Assembly: GCA_963715725.1 (NCBI GenBank)
Contig: OY970272.1
Coordinates: 2,922,665-2,986,664, forward strand
Direction of reading: 5' to 3'
Source of the DNA: an uncultured Pseudomonadota bacterium
GTDB taxonomy: Bacteria > Pseudomonadota > Gammaproteobacteria > Steroidobacterales > Steroidobacteraceae
Length of the DNA stretch: 64,000 nucleotides
Shown: positions 46,529 to 56,325 of the stretch, in pieces
Layout: each line of letters opens with the position of its first letter
How positions within the stretch are numbered: position 1 is the first letter of the stretch
Position numbers and translations under genes: made by a program
Notes under the pieces: model-generated
What the model was told of the DNA's origin: nothing
The model's database searches: none
The model's input: the letters and a program-made list of their open reading frames with translations, nothing else

Positions 46529-46561
46529 TTGACACTGCCAAAATTAAAAATATATGATATA
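46529..46561 (+). promoter_or_regulatory. sigma-70-type promoter overlapping an ATATATGATATA box, ~510 nt upstream of the ThDP-enzyme/frc operon
   Basis: TTGACA (46529-46534), 18-nt spacer, TATGAT (46553-46558). The box ATATATGATATA at 46550-46561 recurs at 58553-58565. Confidence 0.5.
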
Positions 46562-47068
46562 CCACGAGAATAAGCAGACCGGTGGCATACACACATCCGG
46601 TATGGGGTCGGGCCGGATCGAGGGGTTCTCTGGTGATCAAAGCTCTCCAGTCGCGCGTTCCCCGCGCTACTTGGGTAACCACCGCGCTTCATGCGGCACC
46701 TTCCATCGCCTGATCCCGCATGCTTCCACCAACCTTTCAGACGCGCCACCTTATCTCGACTTCGGCCCAGACGTCAGCGTCGTGGTTGGGCGCGGGTGCG
46801 ACGCGCACCGTGTGCAGCCTGCATACCGATTGCAACATCGCTGCGGTAATCCTCCCGCTGCGGACGCTCACGACATCCTGGCTGCCACCCGTGCAGGCAT
46901 GGCGGTCGCCGCGCGGCACTAAACGCACGTTCAGCTGAGGTACCGGCTGGCGATCCGGGCAACTGACCCCCGGAACCGCCTTCGCCGGCTCGAGCAAATG
47001 GTCAGTTGAGTTAGCTGTCGCAGAGGTTGCGGCAGTGGCGCGATCCAATTCATGAAGCTGGAGGCAGT

Positions 47069-48829
47069 ATGGCAACCGTTAATCCCGTACCGGCGCAGGC
47101 GAAGTCCACGACGGCCGAAGACACCCTGCAGAAGAAAAGCCGCGATGCGGGCGTTGTCTCGGGCGGCCACCTGGTGGCGAAGGCCCTCAAGAACGAGGGT
47201 GTGGATACCATCTTTACGCTGTGCGGCGGCCACATCATCGATATCTATGATGGTTGCGTTGATGAAGGCATCCGCATCATCGACGTGCGACACGAACAGG
47301 TTGCCGCGCACGCGGCCGATGGCTATGCGCGTCAGACCGGCAAGCTCGGCTGCGTGGTAACGACCGCAGGCCCGGGCTGCACGAATGCGGTGACCGGGGT
47401 CGCCACTGCATTTCGCTCCGAGAGTCCGATCATTCACATCGGCGGCCAGGGCGCGCTCACGCAGCACAAGATGGGCTCGCTGCAGGATCTGCCGCATGTC
47501 GACATGATGAGCCCCATCACCAAGTTCGCCGCGACGGTACCAAGCACCGAGCGCGTGGCTGACATGATCTCCATGGCTGCGCGCGAGGCGTACAACGGCG
47601 CGCCAGGGCCTGTGTATCTGGAGATCCCCCGCGACGTGTTGGACCGTGAGGTGGATCTCACCAAGGCGGTGGTGCCCAAGCCCGGACAGTACCGCGCCTC
47701 CACACGTTCCATTGGTGATCCGCGCGATGTCGAGAAGCTAGCCGACCTGCTCGTCAATTCCGAGCGCCCGGCGATTCTCTTCGGCCAGCAGGTCTGGACG
47801 GCACGCGGCCAGGAAGAGGCGATCGCGCTGCTGCGCGGCCTCGACATTCCCGGCTACTTCAATGGTGGCAGCCGCGGCCTGTTACCCCCTGGTGACCCGC
47901 ATCACTTTGACCGCACCCGTGGCAATGCGTTTGCGGAGGCGGACGTTATCCTCATCGTCGGTACCCCGTTTGATTTCCGCATGGGCTATGGCCGGCGTAT
48001 CAGCAACAAGTTGAAGCTGGTACAGGTCGACATGGATTACCGCACCGTCGGCAAGAATCGCGACATCGACCTGGGACTGGTCGGACATCCGGGCGCCATT
48101 CTCGGCGCGGTGCTGCAGGCCGCCTCGGGTCGCATCAAACAGGACAAGCGGCAGGCGCGCCAACAGTGGATGAAGAAGCTGACCGATGCCGAAGCGACGG
48201 CTACCGAGAAGCTGATGCCGCTGTTCAAGTCCAACAACACGCCGATCCACCCCTATCGGGTTGCATACGAGCTGAACGAGTTCCTGGCAGACAACACCAT
48301 CTACATCGGTGACGGTGGTGATGTGGTCACCATCTCCGCTCAGGCGGTGCGCCCGCGCCGTCCGGGCCAGTGGATGGATCCGGGCGCGCTCGGCTCGCTG
48401 GGCGTCGGCACCGGCTTTGCGATCGCCGCCGGGCTCGCCAACCCCAACAAGGAGGTGCTGTGTTACTACGGCGACGGCTCATTCGGTATGACGGCGTTCG
48501 ACATGGAGACCGCCAACCGCTTTGGCGTGCCTTACATCGCGGTGATCGGCAACAACTCTGCCATGAACCAGATCCGCTACGGTCAGCTGGCCAAGTACGG
48601 TGAGCAGCGCGGCAACGTCGGCAACCTGCTGAGCGATGTGCCCTTCGGCAAGTTTGCCGAGATGCTGGGCGGCTATGGCGAGGAGGTGCGCGATCCGGCG
48701 CAGATTGCAGCGGCACTGCGCCGTGCCCGCGAGTCGGTGCAGAAGACGAAGCGCTCGGCCGTCATCAACATCTGGGTTGATCCGCGCGAGTACGCACCAG
48801 GTACCAAGAACCAGACAATGTACAAATAA
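47069..48829 (+). CDS. thiamine-diphosphate-dependent enzyme (acetolactate synthase / oxalyl-CoA decarboxylase superfamily); candidate oxalyl-CoA decarboxylase by context
   Basis: GGAGG 4 nt upstream. 586 aa. ThDP-enzyme N-domain (RHEQVAAHAADGYAR, TAGPGCTNAV) and ThDP-binding motif GDGSFGM..NN. Immediately upstream of frc. Confidence 0.7.
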   Translation: MATVNPVPAQAKSTTAEDTLQKKSRDAGVVSGGHLVAKALKNEGVDTIFTLCGGHIIDIYDGCVDEGIRIIDVRHEQVAAHAADGYARQTGKLGCVVTTAGPGCTNAVTGVATAFRSESPIIHIGGQGALTQHKMGSLQDLPHVDMMSPITKFAATVPSTERVADMISMAAREAYNGAPGPVYLEIPRDVLDREVDLTKAVVPKPGQYRASTRSIGDPRDVEKLADLLVNSERPAILFGQQVWTARGQEEAIALLRGLDIPGYFNGGSRGLLPPGDPHHFDRTRGNAFAEADVILIVGTPFDFRMGYGRRISNKLKLVQVDMDYRTVGKNRDIDLGLVGHPGAILGAVLQAASGRIKQDKRQARQQWMKKLTDAEATATEKLMPLFKSNNTPIHPYRVAYELNEFLADNTIYIGDGGDVVTISAQAVRPRRPGQWMDPGALGSLGVGTGFAIAAGLANPNKEVLCYYGDGSFGMTAFDMETANRFGVPYIAVIGNNSAMNQIRYGQLAKYGEQRGNVGNLLSDVPFGKFAEMLGGYGEEVRDPAQIAAALRRARESVQKTKRSAVINIWVDPREYAPGTKNQTMYK

Positions 48830-48847
48830 CTACAGCCGGAGACGCAT

Positions 48848-50095
48848 ATGACTAAGGCGTTAGACGGAGTTCGTATTCTCGATTTCACTCACGTGCAATC
48901 GGGACCCACTTGCACACAGCTGCTGGCCTGGTTGGGCGCTGACGTCATCAAGGTGGAGCGCGCAGGCGTGGGCGATGTCACCCGCGAACAGCTCCGCGAC
49001 ATTCCCGATGTCGACAGCCTGTATTTCACGATGCTCAATCACAACAAGCGTTCCATCACGCTCGATACCAAGAGCGAGGACGGCAAGCGGATCCTCGAGA
49101 AGTTGGTCCGCAATTGTGATGTGCTCGTGGAGAACTTCGCACCGGGCGCGCTCGATCGCATGGGCTTCACCTGGCAGCGCATCCAGGAGCTCAATCCGAA
49201 GATGATCGTCGCTTCGGTGAAGGGGTTCGGTCCGGGGCCCTACGAGGACTGCAAGGTCTACGAGAACGTGGCGCAGTGCGCAGGCGGCTCGGCCTCCACT
49301 ACGGGCTTCGATGACGGTCCGCCGCTGGTGACCGGAGCGCAGATCGGTGACAGCGGCACGGGGCTGCACCTGGCCCTCGGCATTGTTGCGGCGCTCTATC
49401 AACGTAAGACGACGGGTCGCGGGCAGAAAGTGCTCGCGGCTATGCAGGACGGTGTACTTAACCTGTGCCGGGTAAAACTTCGTGACCAGCAGCGCATTGA
49501 GCGTACCGGGGTCATGAAGGAGTACCCCCAGTATCCGCATGGCAAATTCGGCGATGCGGTGCCGCGTGCTGGCAATGCCTCCGGCGGTGGTCAGCCGGGC
49601 TCGATTGTGAAGTGCAAAGGCTGGGAGAACGATCCCAACGCCTACCTGTACTTCATCGCGCAGGCCCCGGTGTGGAAAGAGATCTGCCACGTCATCGGCA
49701 AGGAGGATTGGATCAGCAATCCGGACTACGCAACTCCTAACGCGCGCTTGCCCCGACTCAAGGAGGTCTTCGAGGCCATCGAGACCTGGACCTGTACCAA
49801 GACCAAATTCGAAGCCATGGACGAGCTCAACGAGCACGACATTCCCTGTGGACCGATTCTCTCGATGAAGGAGCTGGCGCATGAGCCGTCACTGCGCAAG
49901 ACCGGCACGGTGGTGGAAGTTGACCATCCGAAACGCGGCAAGTACCTCACGGTGGGCAATCCGATCAAGCTCAGCGACAGCCCGACAGAGGTGAAGCGCT
50001 CTCCGCTGCTCGGTGAGCACACCGATGAAGTGCTCGCTGAGCTCGGTTACGCGGGCGAGGAGATCGCCGCGTTCCGCAGCAAGAAGGTGGTCTGA
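48848..50095 (+). CDS. frc: formyl-CoA:oxalate CoA-transferase
   Basis: 415 aa, near-colinear with remembered E. coli YfdW/Frc ([74 protein letters not shown]). Confidence 0.9.
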   Translation: MTKALDGVRILDFTHVQSGPTCTQLLAWLGADVIKVERAGVGDVTREQLRDIPDVDSLYFTMLNHNKRSITLDTKSEDGKRILEKLVRNCDVLVENFAPGALDRMGFTWQRIQELNPKMIVASVKGFGPGPYEDCKVYENVAQCAGGSASTTGFDDGPPLVTGAQIGDSGTGLHLALGIVAALYQRKTTGRGQKVLAAMQDGVLNLCRVKLRDQQRIERTGVMKEYPQYPHGKFGDAVPRAGNASGGGQPGSIVKCKGWENDPNAYLYFIAQAPVWKEICHVIGKEDWISNPDYATPNARLPRLKEVFEAIETWTCTKTKFEAMDELNEHDIPCGPILSMKELAHEPSLRKTGTVVEVDHPKRGKYLTVGNPIKLSDSPTEVKRSPLLGEHTDEVLAELGYAGEEIAAFRSKKVV

Positions 50096-50115
50096 GGCCA
50101 AGCAACGAGGCACCC

Positions 50116-52254
50116 ATGGCAAGCGACAAAAATGCAGTTCGAAAGATTCTCGATCAGGCCAAGGCGGGCAACCGTACGGCGTTGACCGCGCCCGAAGCGC
50201 GCGGGGTATGCGAGGCCTATGGCATCAACATTCCGAAGGAGGGCGTGGCGAAGACGGCCGAAGAAGCCGTAAAGCTTGCCAACGACATCGGCTTTCCGGT
50301 GGTGATGAAGATTGTCTCGCCGCAGATCCTGCACAAGACCGAGGCGGGCGGCGTGCTCGTCGGTATGAAGAATGCCGAGGCGGTCTCCGGAGGCTTTGCC
50401 ACCATCGTCGGCAATGCGCGCAAGTATGATCCCAAGGCGGACATCCAGGGCGTGCAGGTGCAGCAGATGCTCGCCGGCGGCCAGGAAGTGATCATCGGCG
50501 CTGTCACGGATCCGGCCTTCGGTAAGCTCGTGGCTTTCGGGCTGGGCGGCATCCTGGTGGAGGTGCTGAAGGACATTACCTTCCGGCTCGCGCCTGCGAC
50601 CAACGAGGATGCGCTGTCGATGCTCGACAGCATCCAGGCTGCGGAGATTCTGCGTGGCGTGCGCGGCGCCAAAGCCGTGGATCGCGCCTCGCTTGCGGCG
50701 ATGATCGAGAAGGTCTCCTTACTCGTGGCCGATTTCCCGGAAATCTCGGAAATGGATCTCAATCCGGTGTTTGCCACCGAAAGTGGCGCCACGGCTGCCG
50801 ACGTGCGCATCGTGCTCGATTTCAAGCCGCAGGTGGCGCGCAGCCGACCCAACACGGCCGAGATCGTTGCGCAGATGAATCGCATCATGAAACCCAATGC
50901 GGTGGCGGTCATCGGCGCCTCGGCGGAGAACGGCAAGATCGGCAACTCGGTGATGAAGAACCTGATCAACGGTGGCTACCAGGGAGCGATCTATCCCATT
51001 CATCCCTCCGCCCCGGAGATCATGGGTAAGAAGGCTTACAAGAGCGTCAAGGACGTTCCCGGTGAGATCGATGTGGCGGTGTTCGCCATTCCGGCGAAGT
51101 TTGTGGCGCGAGCTCTCACTGAGGTCGGCGAGAAGAAGATTGCCGGGGCCGTGCTGATTCCCTCCGGGTTTGCCGAAACGGGCAATGTCGAGGGTCAACA
51201 GGAACTGCAGGAGATCGGGCGCAAGTACGGCGTGCGGCTCATGGGACCAAACATCTACGGCTTCTACTACACGCCGAAGAATCTCTGTGCCACCTTCTGC
51301 ACCGCCTTCGATGTCAAAGGCAAGGCCGCGCTGTCCTCGCAATCCGGCGGCATCGGCATGGCCATCATCGGCTTTTCCCGCTCCGCCAAGATGGGCGTAT
51401 CCGCGATCGTGGGTCTTGGCAACAAGGCCGATATCGACGAAGACGATCTGCTGGCATTCTTCGAGCAGGACGACAACACGCAGATCATCGCGCAGCACTG
51501 CGAGGATCTGAAGGATGGCCGCGCCTTCGCGGAAGTCGCGCGCCGTGTCTCGAAAAAGAAACCCGTGGTGGTGCTCAAGGCCGGCCGCACCAGCCTCGGC
51601 GCGCGCGCCGCGAGCTCCCACACCGGTGCGCTCGCGGGCAATGACAAGATCTACGAGGACGTTTTCAAACAATCCGGCGTGATCCGGGCTCGCTCGCTGC
51701 GTGACCTGCTGGAGTTCGCCCGCGGCATTCCGGTACTGCCTACGCCCAAGGGCAACAACGTAGTCATCATCACCGGCGCCGGCGGCTCCGGCGTGTTGCT
51801 CTCGGATGCCTGCGTCGACAACGGCCTGTCCCTCATGGCCATGCCGGCGGATCTGGACGCCGCGTTCCGCAAATTCATCCCGCCCTTTGGTGCTGCCGGT
51901 AACCCGGTGGACATCACCGGCGGGGAGCCACCCACCACGTATCAGAACACGGTGCGGCTGGGACTGCAGGATCCGCGCATCCACGCTTTGATTTTGGGCT
52001 ACTGGCACACGATCATCACACCTCCAATGGTGTTCGCGAAACTGATGGTGGAAGTCGTGCAGGAGATGCGCGGCAAGGGCTTCGAGAAGCCCGTGGTCGC
52101 ATCGCTGGCCGGGGACGTGGAGGTGGAGGAGGCGTCCGAGTACCTCTACCAACACGGCATTCCGGCTTATGCGTATTCCACCGAGATACCGGTGGCGGTG
52201 TTGGGTGCCAAATACAAGTGGGCGCGCGGTGCGGGACTGATTCCATCGGTGTGA
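50116..52254 (+). CDS. ADP-forming acyl-CoA synthetase (acetate--CoA ligase family), ATP-grasp domain N-terminal to CoA-binding domains
   Basis: 712 aa. The first ~230 aa are ATP-grasp (FPVVMKIVSPQILHKTEAGGV). A CoA-binding Rossmann domain (VAVIGASAENGKIGN) and succinyl-CoA-ligase-like flavodoxin domains follow. Confidence 0.8.
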   Translation: MASDKNAVRKILDQAKAGNRTALTAPEARGVCEAYGINIPKEGVAKTAEEAVKLANDIGFPVVMKIVSPQILHKTEAGGVLVGMKNAEAVSGGFATIVGNARKYDPKADIQGVQVQQMLAGGQEVIIGAVTDPAFGKLVAFGLGGILVEVLKDITFRLAPATNEDALSMLDSIQAAEILRGVRGAKAVDRASLAAMIEKVSLLVADFPEISEMDLNPVFATESGATAADVRIVLDFKPQVARSRPNTAEIVAQMNRIMKPNAVAVIGASAENGKIGNSVMKNLINGGYQGAIYPIHPSAPEIMGKKAYKSVKDVPGEIDVAVFAIPAKFVARALTEVGEKKIAGAVLIPSGFAETGNVEGQQELQEIGRKYGVRLMGPNIYGFYYTPKNLCATFCTAFDVKGKAALSSQSGGIGMAIIGFSRSAKMGVSAIVGLGNKADIDEDDLLAFFEQDDNTQIIAQHCEDLKDGRAFAEVARRVSKKKPVVVLKAGRTSLGARAASSHTGALAGNDKIYEDVFKQSGVIRARSLRDLLEFARGIPVLPTPKGNNVVIITGAGGSGVLLSDACVDNGLSLMAMPADLDAAFRKFIPPFGAAGNPVDITGGEPPTTYQNTVRLGLQDPRIHALILGYWHTIITPPMVFAKLMVEVVQEMRGKGFEKPVVASLAGDVEVEEASEYLYQHGIPAYAYSTEIPVAVLGAKYKWARGAGLIPSV

Positions 52255-52417
52255 GCTCGCAGCTGAGCTCGCGGCCACGGGCTGTTACGCATCCGGCGGG
52301 CTGTTACGAATTCGGCGCTGGTGTCCTGGAAGCGCACCACTTGCGCCGCCGCGGTGATGCTGAGCGGATGCCCTTGAGGCATAGTGTGCATCCGATCCGC
52401 CTGGTGAGTCGTCCGAG

Positions 52418-53407
52418 ATGAAAATAGCAATCATTGGTGTCGGTGCCATCGGCGGCTATATCGGTACACGGCTCGCGCTCGCCGGCGAGGATGTCACGTT
52501 CATTGCCCGCGGGGCCACTCTGGAGGCTCTGCAGAGCCGTGGCATCCGCCTTATCATGTCCGATGGCACCGAGCAGGTCGTGCCCCGGGTCAAGGCCACC
52601 GACGACTATGGCAGTGCTGGCGCGCAGGACCTGGTGATCCTCGCCATGAAGGCGCATCAGCTCGCTGCCGTGGCGCCGCAGGTGCCGCAGCTGTTTGCGG
52701 AGCAGACGGTAGTGCTGCCCCTGCAGAATGGCATCCCCTACTGGTACTTCCATCGCCATGCGGGGCGCTGGGCGGACTCGAGCATTACCAGCGTCGACCC
52801 GACCGGCGAGATCGCGCGGCATATTCCCGCTGCGCGGGTCATCGGCTGTGTTGTTTATCCGGCCACCGAGCTGGTCGCACCGGCCGTGATCCACCATGTC
52901 GAGGGCAATCGCTTCCCGGTCGGGGAACCCGACGGCAGCTCGAGCGAGCGCGCCAATCGGGTGTCACAGTGCCTCACGGCTGCGGGCCTCAAGGCGCCGG
53001 TACTGGAGGATATCCGCGCCGAGATCTGGCTGAAACTCTGGGGCAACATGACCTTCAATCCCATCAGTGCGTTGACGCGGGCGACGCTTGCAGGGATCTG
53101 CCAGCATCCCCCCAGCCGCGCCATTGCAGCAGCCATGATGACCGAGGCGCAGGATGTTGCGCACAAGCTGGGCATCAGCTTCCGGGTGCCTTTGGAGAAG
53201 CGCATCGCCGGGGCCGAGAAGGTCGGGCATCACAAGACTTCGATGTTGCAGGACGTCGAAGCCGGCAAGGAGCTGGAGGTGGACGCCCTGCTGGGCTCTG
53301 TGGTCGAGCTGGCCCGGCTGACGGAAACGCCCACGCCGCATCTGGACACCGTCTATGCGCTGACGAAGCTACTCGCCCGGACGCTCGAAGATGACCGTGG
53401 CAATTGA
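52418..53407 (+). CDS. 2-dehydropantoate 2-reductase family oxidoreductase (PanE/ApbA-like); candidate oxalyl-CoA reductase by context
   Basis: MKIAIIGVGAIGGYIG Rossmann start, HKTSMLQD..ELEVDAL C-domain motif. Sits inside the frc operon. Confidence 0.75.
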   Translation: MKIAIIGVGAIGGYIGTRLALAGEDVTFIARGATLEALQSRGIRLIMSDGTEQVVPRVKATDDYGSAGAQDLVILAMKAHQLAAVAPQVPQLFAEQTVVLPLQNGIPYWYFHRHAGRWADSSITSVDPTGEIARHIPAARVIGCVVYPATELVAPAVIHHVEGNRFPVGEPDGSSSERANRVSQCLTAAGLKAPVLEDIRAEIWLKLWGNMTFNPISALTRATLAGICQHPPSRAIAAAMMTEAQDVAHKLGISFRVPLEKRIAGAEKVGHHKTSMLQDVEAGKELEVDALLGSVVELARLTETPTPHLDTVYALTKLLARTLEDDRGN

Positions 53408-53458
53408 ACAGGCATTGGGTATTCAGAGGTGCACGTGCGTTGCACCGGAGAAGTTGCG

Positions 53459-54625
53459 ATGAATGTGCATGAGTACCAAGGCAAGGAGATCCTGCGCAAA
53501 TACGGCGTAGCGACGCCGCGCGGGATCGCGTGCTTCTCGGTTGCCGACGCCGACGCCGCGGCGCGCAAGCTCGGCGGCAAGGTGTGGGTAGTCAAAGCGC
53601 AGATCCATGCCGGCGGCCGTGGCAAGGGCGGCGGTGTCAAAGTGGCGAAGTCGCTCGAGGAGGTGCACCGGTATGCATCCCAGATCCTCGGCATGACACT
53701 GGTGACTCACCAGACCGGACCCGAGGGTCGGGTGGTCAAGCGCCTGTTGGTCGAAGAAGGTGCTGACATCCGCAAGGAGTTGTACGTCGGCATGGTGGTC
53801 GATCGCAAGGTGCAGCGCGTGACCCTGATGGCGAGCTCCGAAGGAGGCATGGAGATCGAGCAGGTCGCCGAGCACTCGCCGGAGAAAATCCACAAGGTGG
53901 CGATCGATCCGGTCGCAGGCTTGACGGACACACAGGCCGATGACATTGCCAGGAAGATCGGCGTGCCCGAGGCTTCGGTGCCGGAAGCGCGCAAGTTCAT
54001 GCAGGGGTTGTACCGCGCGTTCGTTGAGTGCGACGCCTCACTTGCGGAGATCAATCCCCTGGTGCTGACTGGCGACGGCCGCGTGTTGGCCCTCGACGCC
54101 AAGCTGAACTTCGATTCCAACGCGTTGTTCCGCCATCCGGAGATCGTCGCTATGCGCGATCTCGATGAAGAGGATCCCGCGGAAGTCGAGGCCTCGAAGC
54201 ACGACCTTTCCTACATCTCCCTCGGCGGCAACATCGGCTGCCTCGTCAATGGAGCAGGCCTTGCGATGGCCACGATGGACACTATCAAGCTGTACGGTGC
54301 CGAACCCGCTAATTTTCTCGACGTGGGTGGCGGCGCCACCCCGGAGAAGGTGACCGAGGCGTTCAAGCTGATGCTGAAGAATCCAGCCGTGAAGGGCATC
54401 CTCGTCAACATCTTCGGCGGAATCATGCGCTGTGACACGATCGCCGAAGGCATCATCACGGCAGCGCGTCAGGTCAACCTGCGCGTGCCATTGGTAGTGC
54501 GCATGAAAGGCACCAACGAGGACGTCGGACGGCAGATGCTGAAGAACTCCGGCCTGCCGATCATCTCCGCAGACGACATGGCAGATGCCGCACAGAAAAT
54601 TGTCGCCGCAGTAGCTGCGAAATAA
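53459..54625 (+). CDS. succinate/malate--CoA ligase beta subunit (SucC/MtkA family)
   Basis: 388 aa. [60 protein letters not shown]. Serine-cycle neighbours favour malate thiokinase, but the sequence alone cannot decide. Confidence 0.85.
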   Translation: MNVHEYQGKEILRKYGVATPRGIACFSVADADAAARKLGGKVWVVKAQIHAGGRGKGGGVKVAKSLEEVHRYASQILGMTLVTHQTGPEGRVVKRLLVEEGADIRKELYVGMVVDRKVQRVTLMASSEGGMEIEQVAEHSPEKIHKVAIDPVAGLTDTQADDIARKIGVPEASVPEARKFMQGLYRAFVECDASLAEINPLVLTGDGRVLALDAKLNFDSNALFRHPEIVAMRDLDEEDPAEVEASKHDLSYISLGGNIGCLVNGAGLAMATMDTIKLYGAEPANFLDVGGGATPEKVTEAFKLMLKNPAVKGILVNIFGGIMRCDTIAEGIITAARQVNLRVPLVVRMKGTNEDVGRQMLKNSGLPIISADDMADAAQKIVAAVAAK

Positions 54626-54635
54626 GGCTGCACTC

Positions 54636-55508
54636 ATGAGTATCCTGATCGATCGCAACACCCGAGTGATGACCCAGGGCATCACGGGCAAGACCGGAGC
54701 ATTCCATACCCGACTGTGTCGGGACTACGCCAACGGCAAGGCGTGCTTCGTGGCCGGGGTCAACCCCAACAAGGCCGGCGAGGATTTCGAAGGCATTCCC
54801 ATCTTCGGCACCGTCGAGGAAGCCAAGGAGCAGACCGGGGCCACGGTGTCTGTGATCTATGTGCCGCCGCCATTTGCCGCGCGCGCCATCGATGAGGCCG
54901 TCGATGCCGGACTGCAACTGGTCATCTGCATCACCGAAGGTGTGCCGGTGCGTGACATGATCGCGACCCGCGAGCGCATGCGCGGCCGCCAGACGCTGCT
55001 CGTCGGCCCGAACTGTCCGGGTGTCATCACGCCTGATGAGATCAAGATCGGCATCATGCCCGGGCATATTCACAAGAAAGGCCCGGTTGGCGTGGTGTCG
55101 CGTTCGGGCACCCTAACTTATGAGGCGGTGGGACAGCTCGGAGATATCGGCGAATCGACCTGCGTCGGTATCGGAGGAGATCCGGTCAACGGCCTGAAGC
55201 ACATCGATGTCATGAAGATGTTCAACGATGATCCGGAAACACATGCGGTGATCATGGTCGGCGAGATCGGTGGCGATGACGAGGAGACCTGTGCGCGCTG
55301 GATCAAGGACCACATGCGCAAGCCGGTCGTCGGTTTCATCGCGGGTGTGACCGCACCACCCGGAAAGCGCATGGGGCATGCCGGCGCGATCATCTCCGGC
55401 GGCAAGGGCACTGCACAGGAAAAGCTGGCCGTCATGGAGGAGTGCGGCATCAAGGTCACGCGCAATCCTGCCGAGATGGGCAAGTTGCTGCGTTCCGTAC
55501 TGCGTTGA
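54636..55508 (+). CDS. succinate/malate--CoA ligase alpha subunit (SucD/MtkB family)
   Basis: 290 aa. MSILIDRNTRVMTQGITGKTG, GPNCPGVITP, SRSGTLTYEA, catalytic-His motif GHAGAIISGGKGTA. Confidence 0.88.
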   Translation: MSILIDRNTRVMTQGITGKTGAFHTRLCRDYANGKACFVAGVNPNKAGEDFEGIPIFGTVEEAKEQTGATVSVIYVPPPFAARAIDEAVDAGLQLVICITEGVPVRDMIATRERMRGRQTLLVGPNCPGVITPDEIKIGIMPGHIHKKGPVGVVSRSGTLTYEAVGQLGDIGESTCVGIGGDPVNGLKHIDVMKMFNDDPETHAVIMVGEIGGDDEETCARWIKDHMRKPVVGFIAGVTAPPGKRMGHAGAIISGGKGTAQEKLAVMEECGIKVTRNPAEMGKLLRSVLR

Positions 55509-55527
55509 TCTCCAGGTCAGGGACGAG

Positions 55528-56310
55528 ATGACGCTCTGGGCCCGGTTCCGTACGCGCGAGGGGCGGGAGGGCTTCGGTCAGCTCGCCGCGGGTGAGATAC
55601 ACGAGCACACAGGGGAGCTGTTTGCGGCAGCGGAGTCAACCCGCACGCGCGTAGCGCTTGAGGCAGTGACACTGCTCGCCCCGTGCCGTCCGAGCAAGAT
55701 CATCGCGCTGTGGAACAACTTTTACGCGCTCGCCGCCAAGCTCGGTAAAGCGGCCCCGGCGCATCCGCTGTTTCTGCTGAAACCTGCCAGCTGTGTGATC
55801 GGTCCGGATGAGCCGATCCTCCGCCCGCGCAGCTATCGCGGCAAGATCGCCTACGAAGGCGAGCTGGGCATCGTCATCGGCCGGCGTTGCAAGGACCTGG
55901 CACTCGGGGAGGCGCGCGCCGCTATCTTCGGCTACACCTGCGTGAACGACGTGACCGCTGCGCAGGTCCTGAATGAGAATGCCGATTTCACGCAGTGGTG
56001 TCGCGCCAAGGGCTATGACACCTTCGGTGCCATCGGACCCGTCATCAGCTCGGATGTGGACGTCGTGAGCGCGCACGTGACGACGCGCCTGGATGGTCTC
56101 GAGCGGCAGAATTATCCGCTGTCAGACATGATCTGCTCGCCTGAGCAGCTGGTGAGCAGTCTTTCCCAGGACATGACACTGTATCCCGGCGACGTGATTG
56201 CCTGCGGCACTTCGCTGGGTGTGGGTTCAGTGCCCGATGGCAGCACCATCGAGGTGAGCATCGAAGGGGTTGGCACGCTACGCAATCGGCTGGGTGCGCC
56301 GGATTCCTAA
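55528..56310 (+). CDS. fumarylacetoacetate hydrolase (FAH) family protein
   Basis: 260 aa from the internal ATG. YEGELGIVIGRRC, TCVNDVTA, GDVIACGT motifs of the FAH/2-keto-4-pentenoate hydratase/oxaloacetate decarboxylase family. Confidence 0.8.
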   Translation: MTLWARFRTREGREGFGQLAAGEIHEHTGELFAAAESTRTRVALEAVTLLAPCRPSKIIALWNNFYALAAKLGKAAPAHPLFLLKPASCVIGPDEPILRPRSYRGKIAYEGELGIVIGRRCKDLALGEARAAIFGYTCVNDVTAAQVLNENADFTQWCRAKGYDTFGAIGPVISSDVDVVSAHVTTRLDGLERQNYPLSDMICSPEQLVSSLSQDMTLYPGDVIACGTSLGVGSVPDGSTIEVSIEGVGTLRNRLGAPDS

Positions 56311-56325
56311 AGACGAGCGCCGGCC

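Noticed and set aside
46554-46922. 122-aa ORF (MIYHENKQTGG..) within the long leader upstream of the ThDP-enzyme gene.
   Set aside because: No Shine-Dalgarno is present. The ATG lies inside the putative -10/operator box. The translation has no motifs and unremarkable third-position GC. I consider it more likely an untranslated leader.
50719-52278. 519-aa ORF antisense to the acyl-CoA synthetase gene. Similar long mirror ORFs: 57144..58805 (+), 39508..40725 (-), 48860..49882 (-), 9030..10001 (-), 2913..3887 (-), 43972..44799 (-).
   Set aside because: Each is fully overlapped by a strongly supported gene on the other strand. The translations are Arg/Gly/His/Ala-rich low-complexity without motifs. 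Open antisense frames are expected at this GC content.
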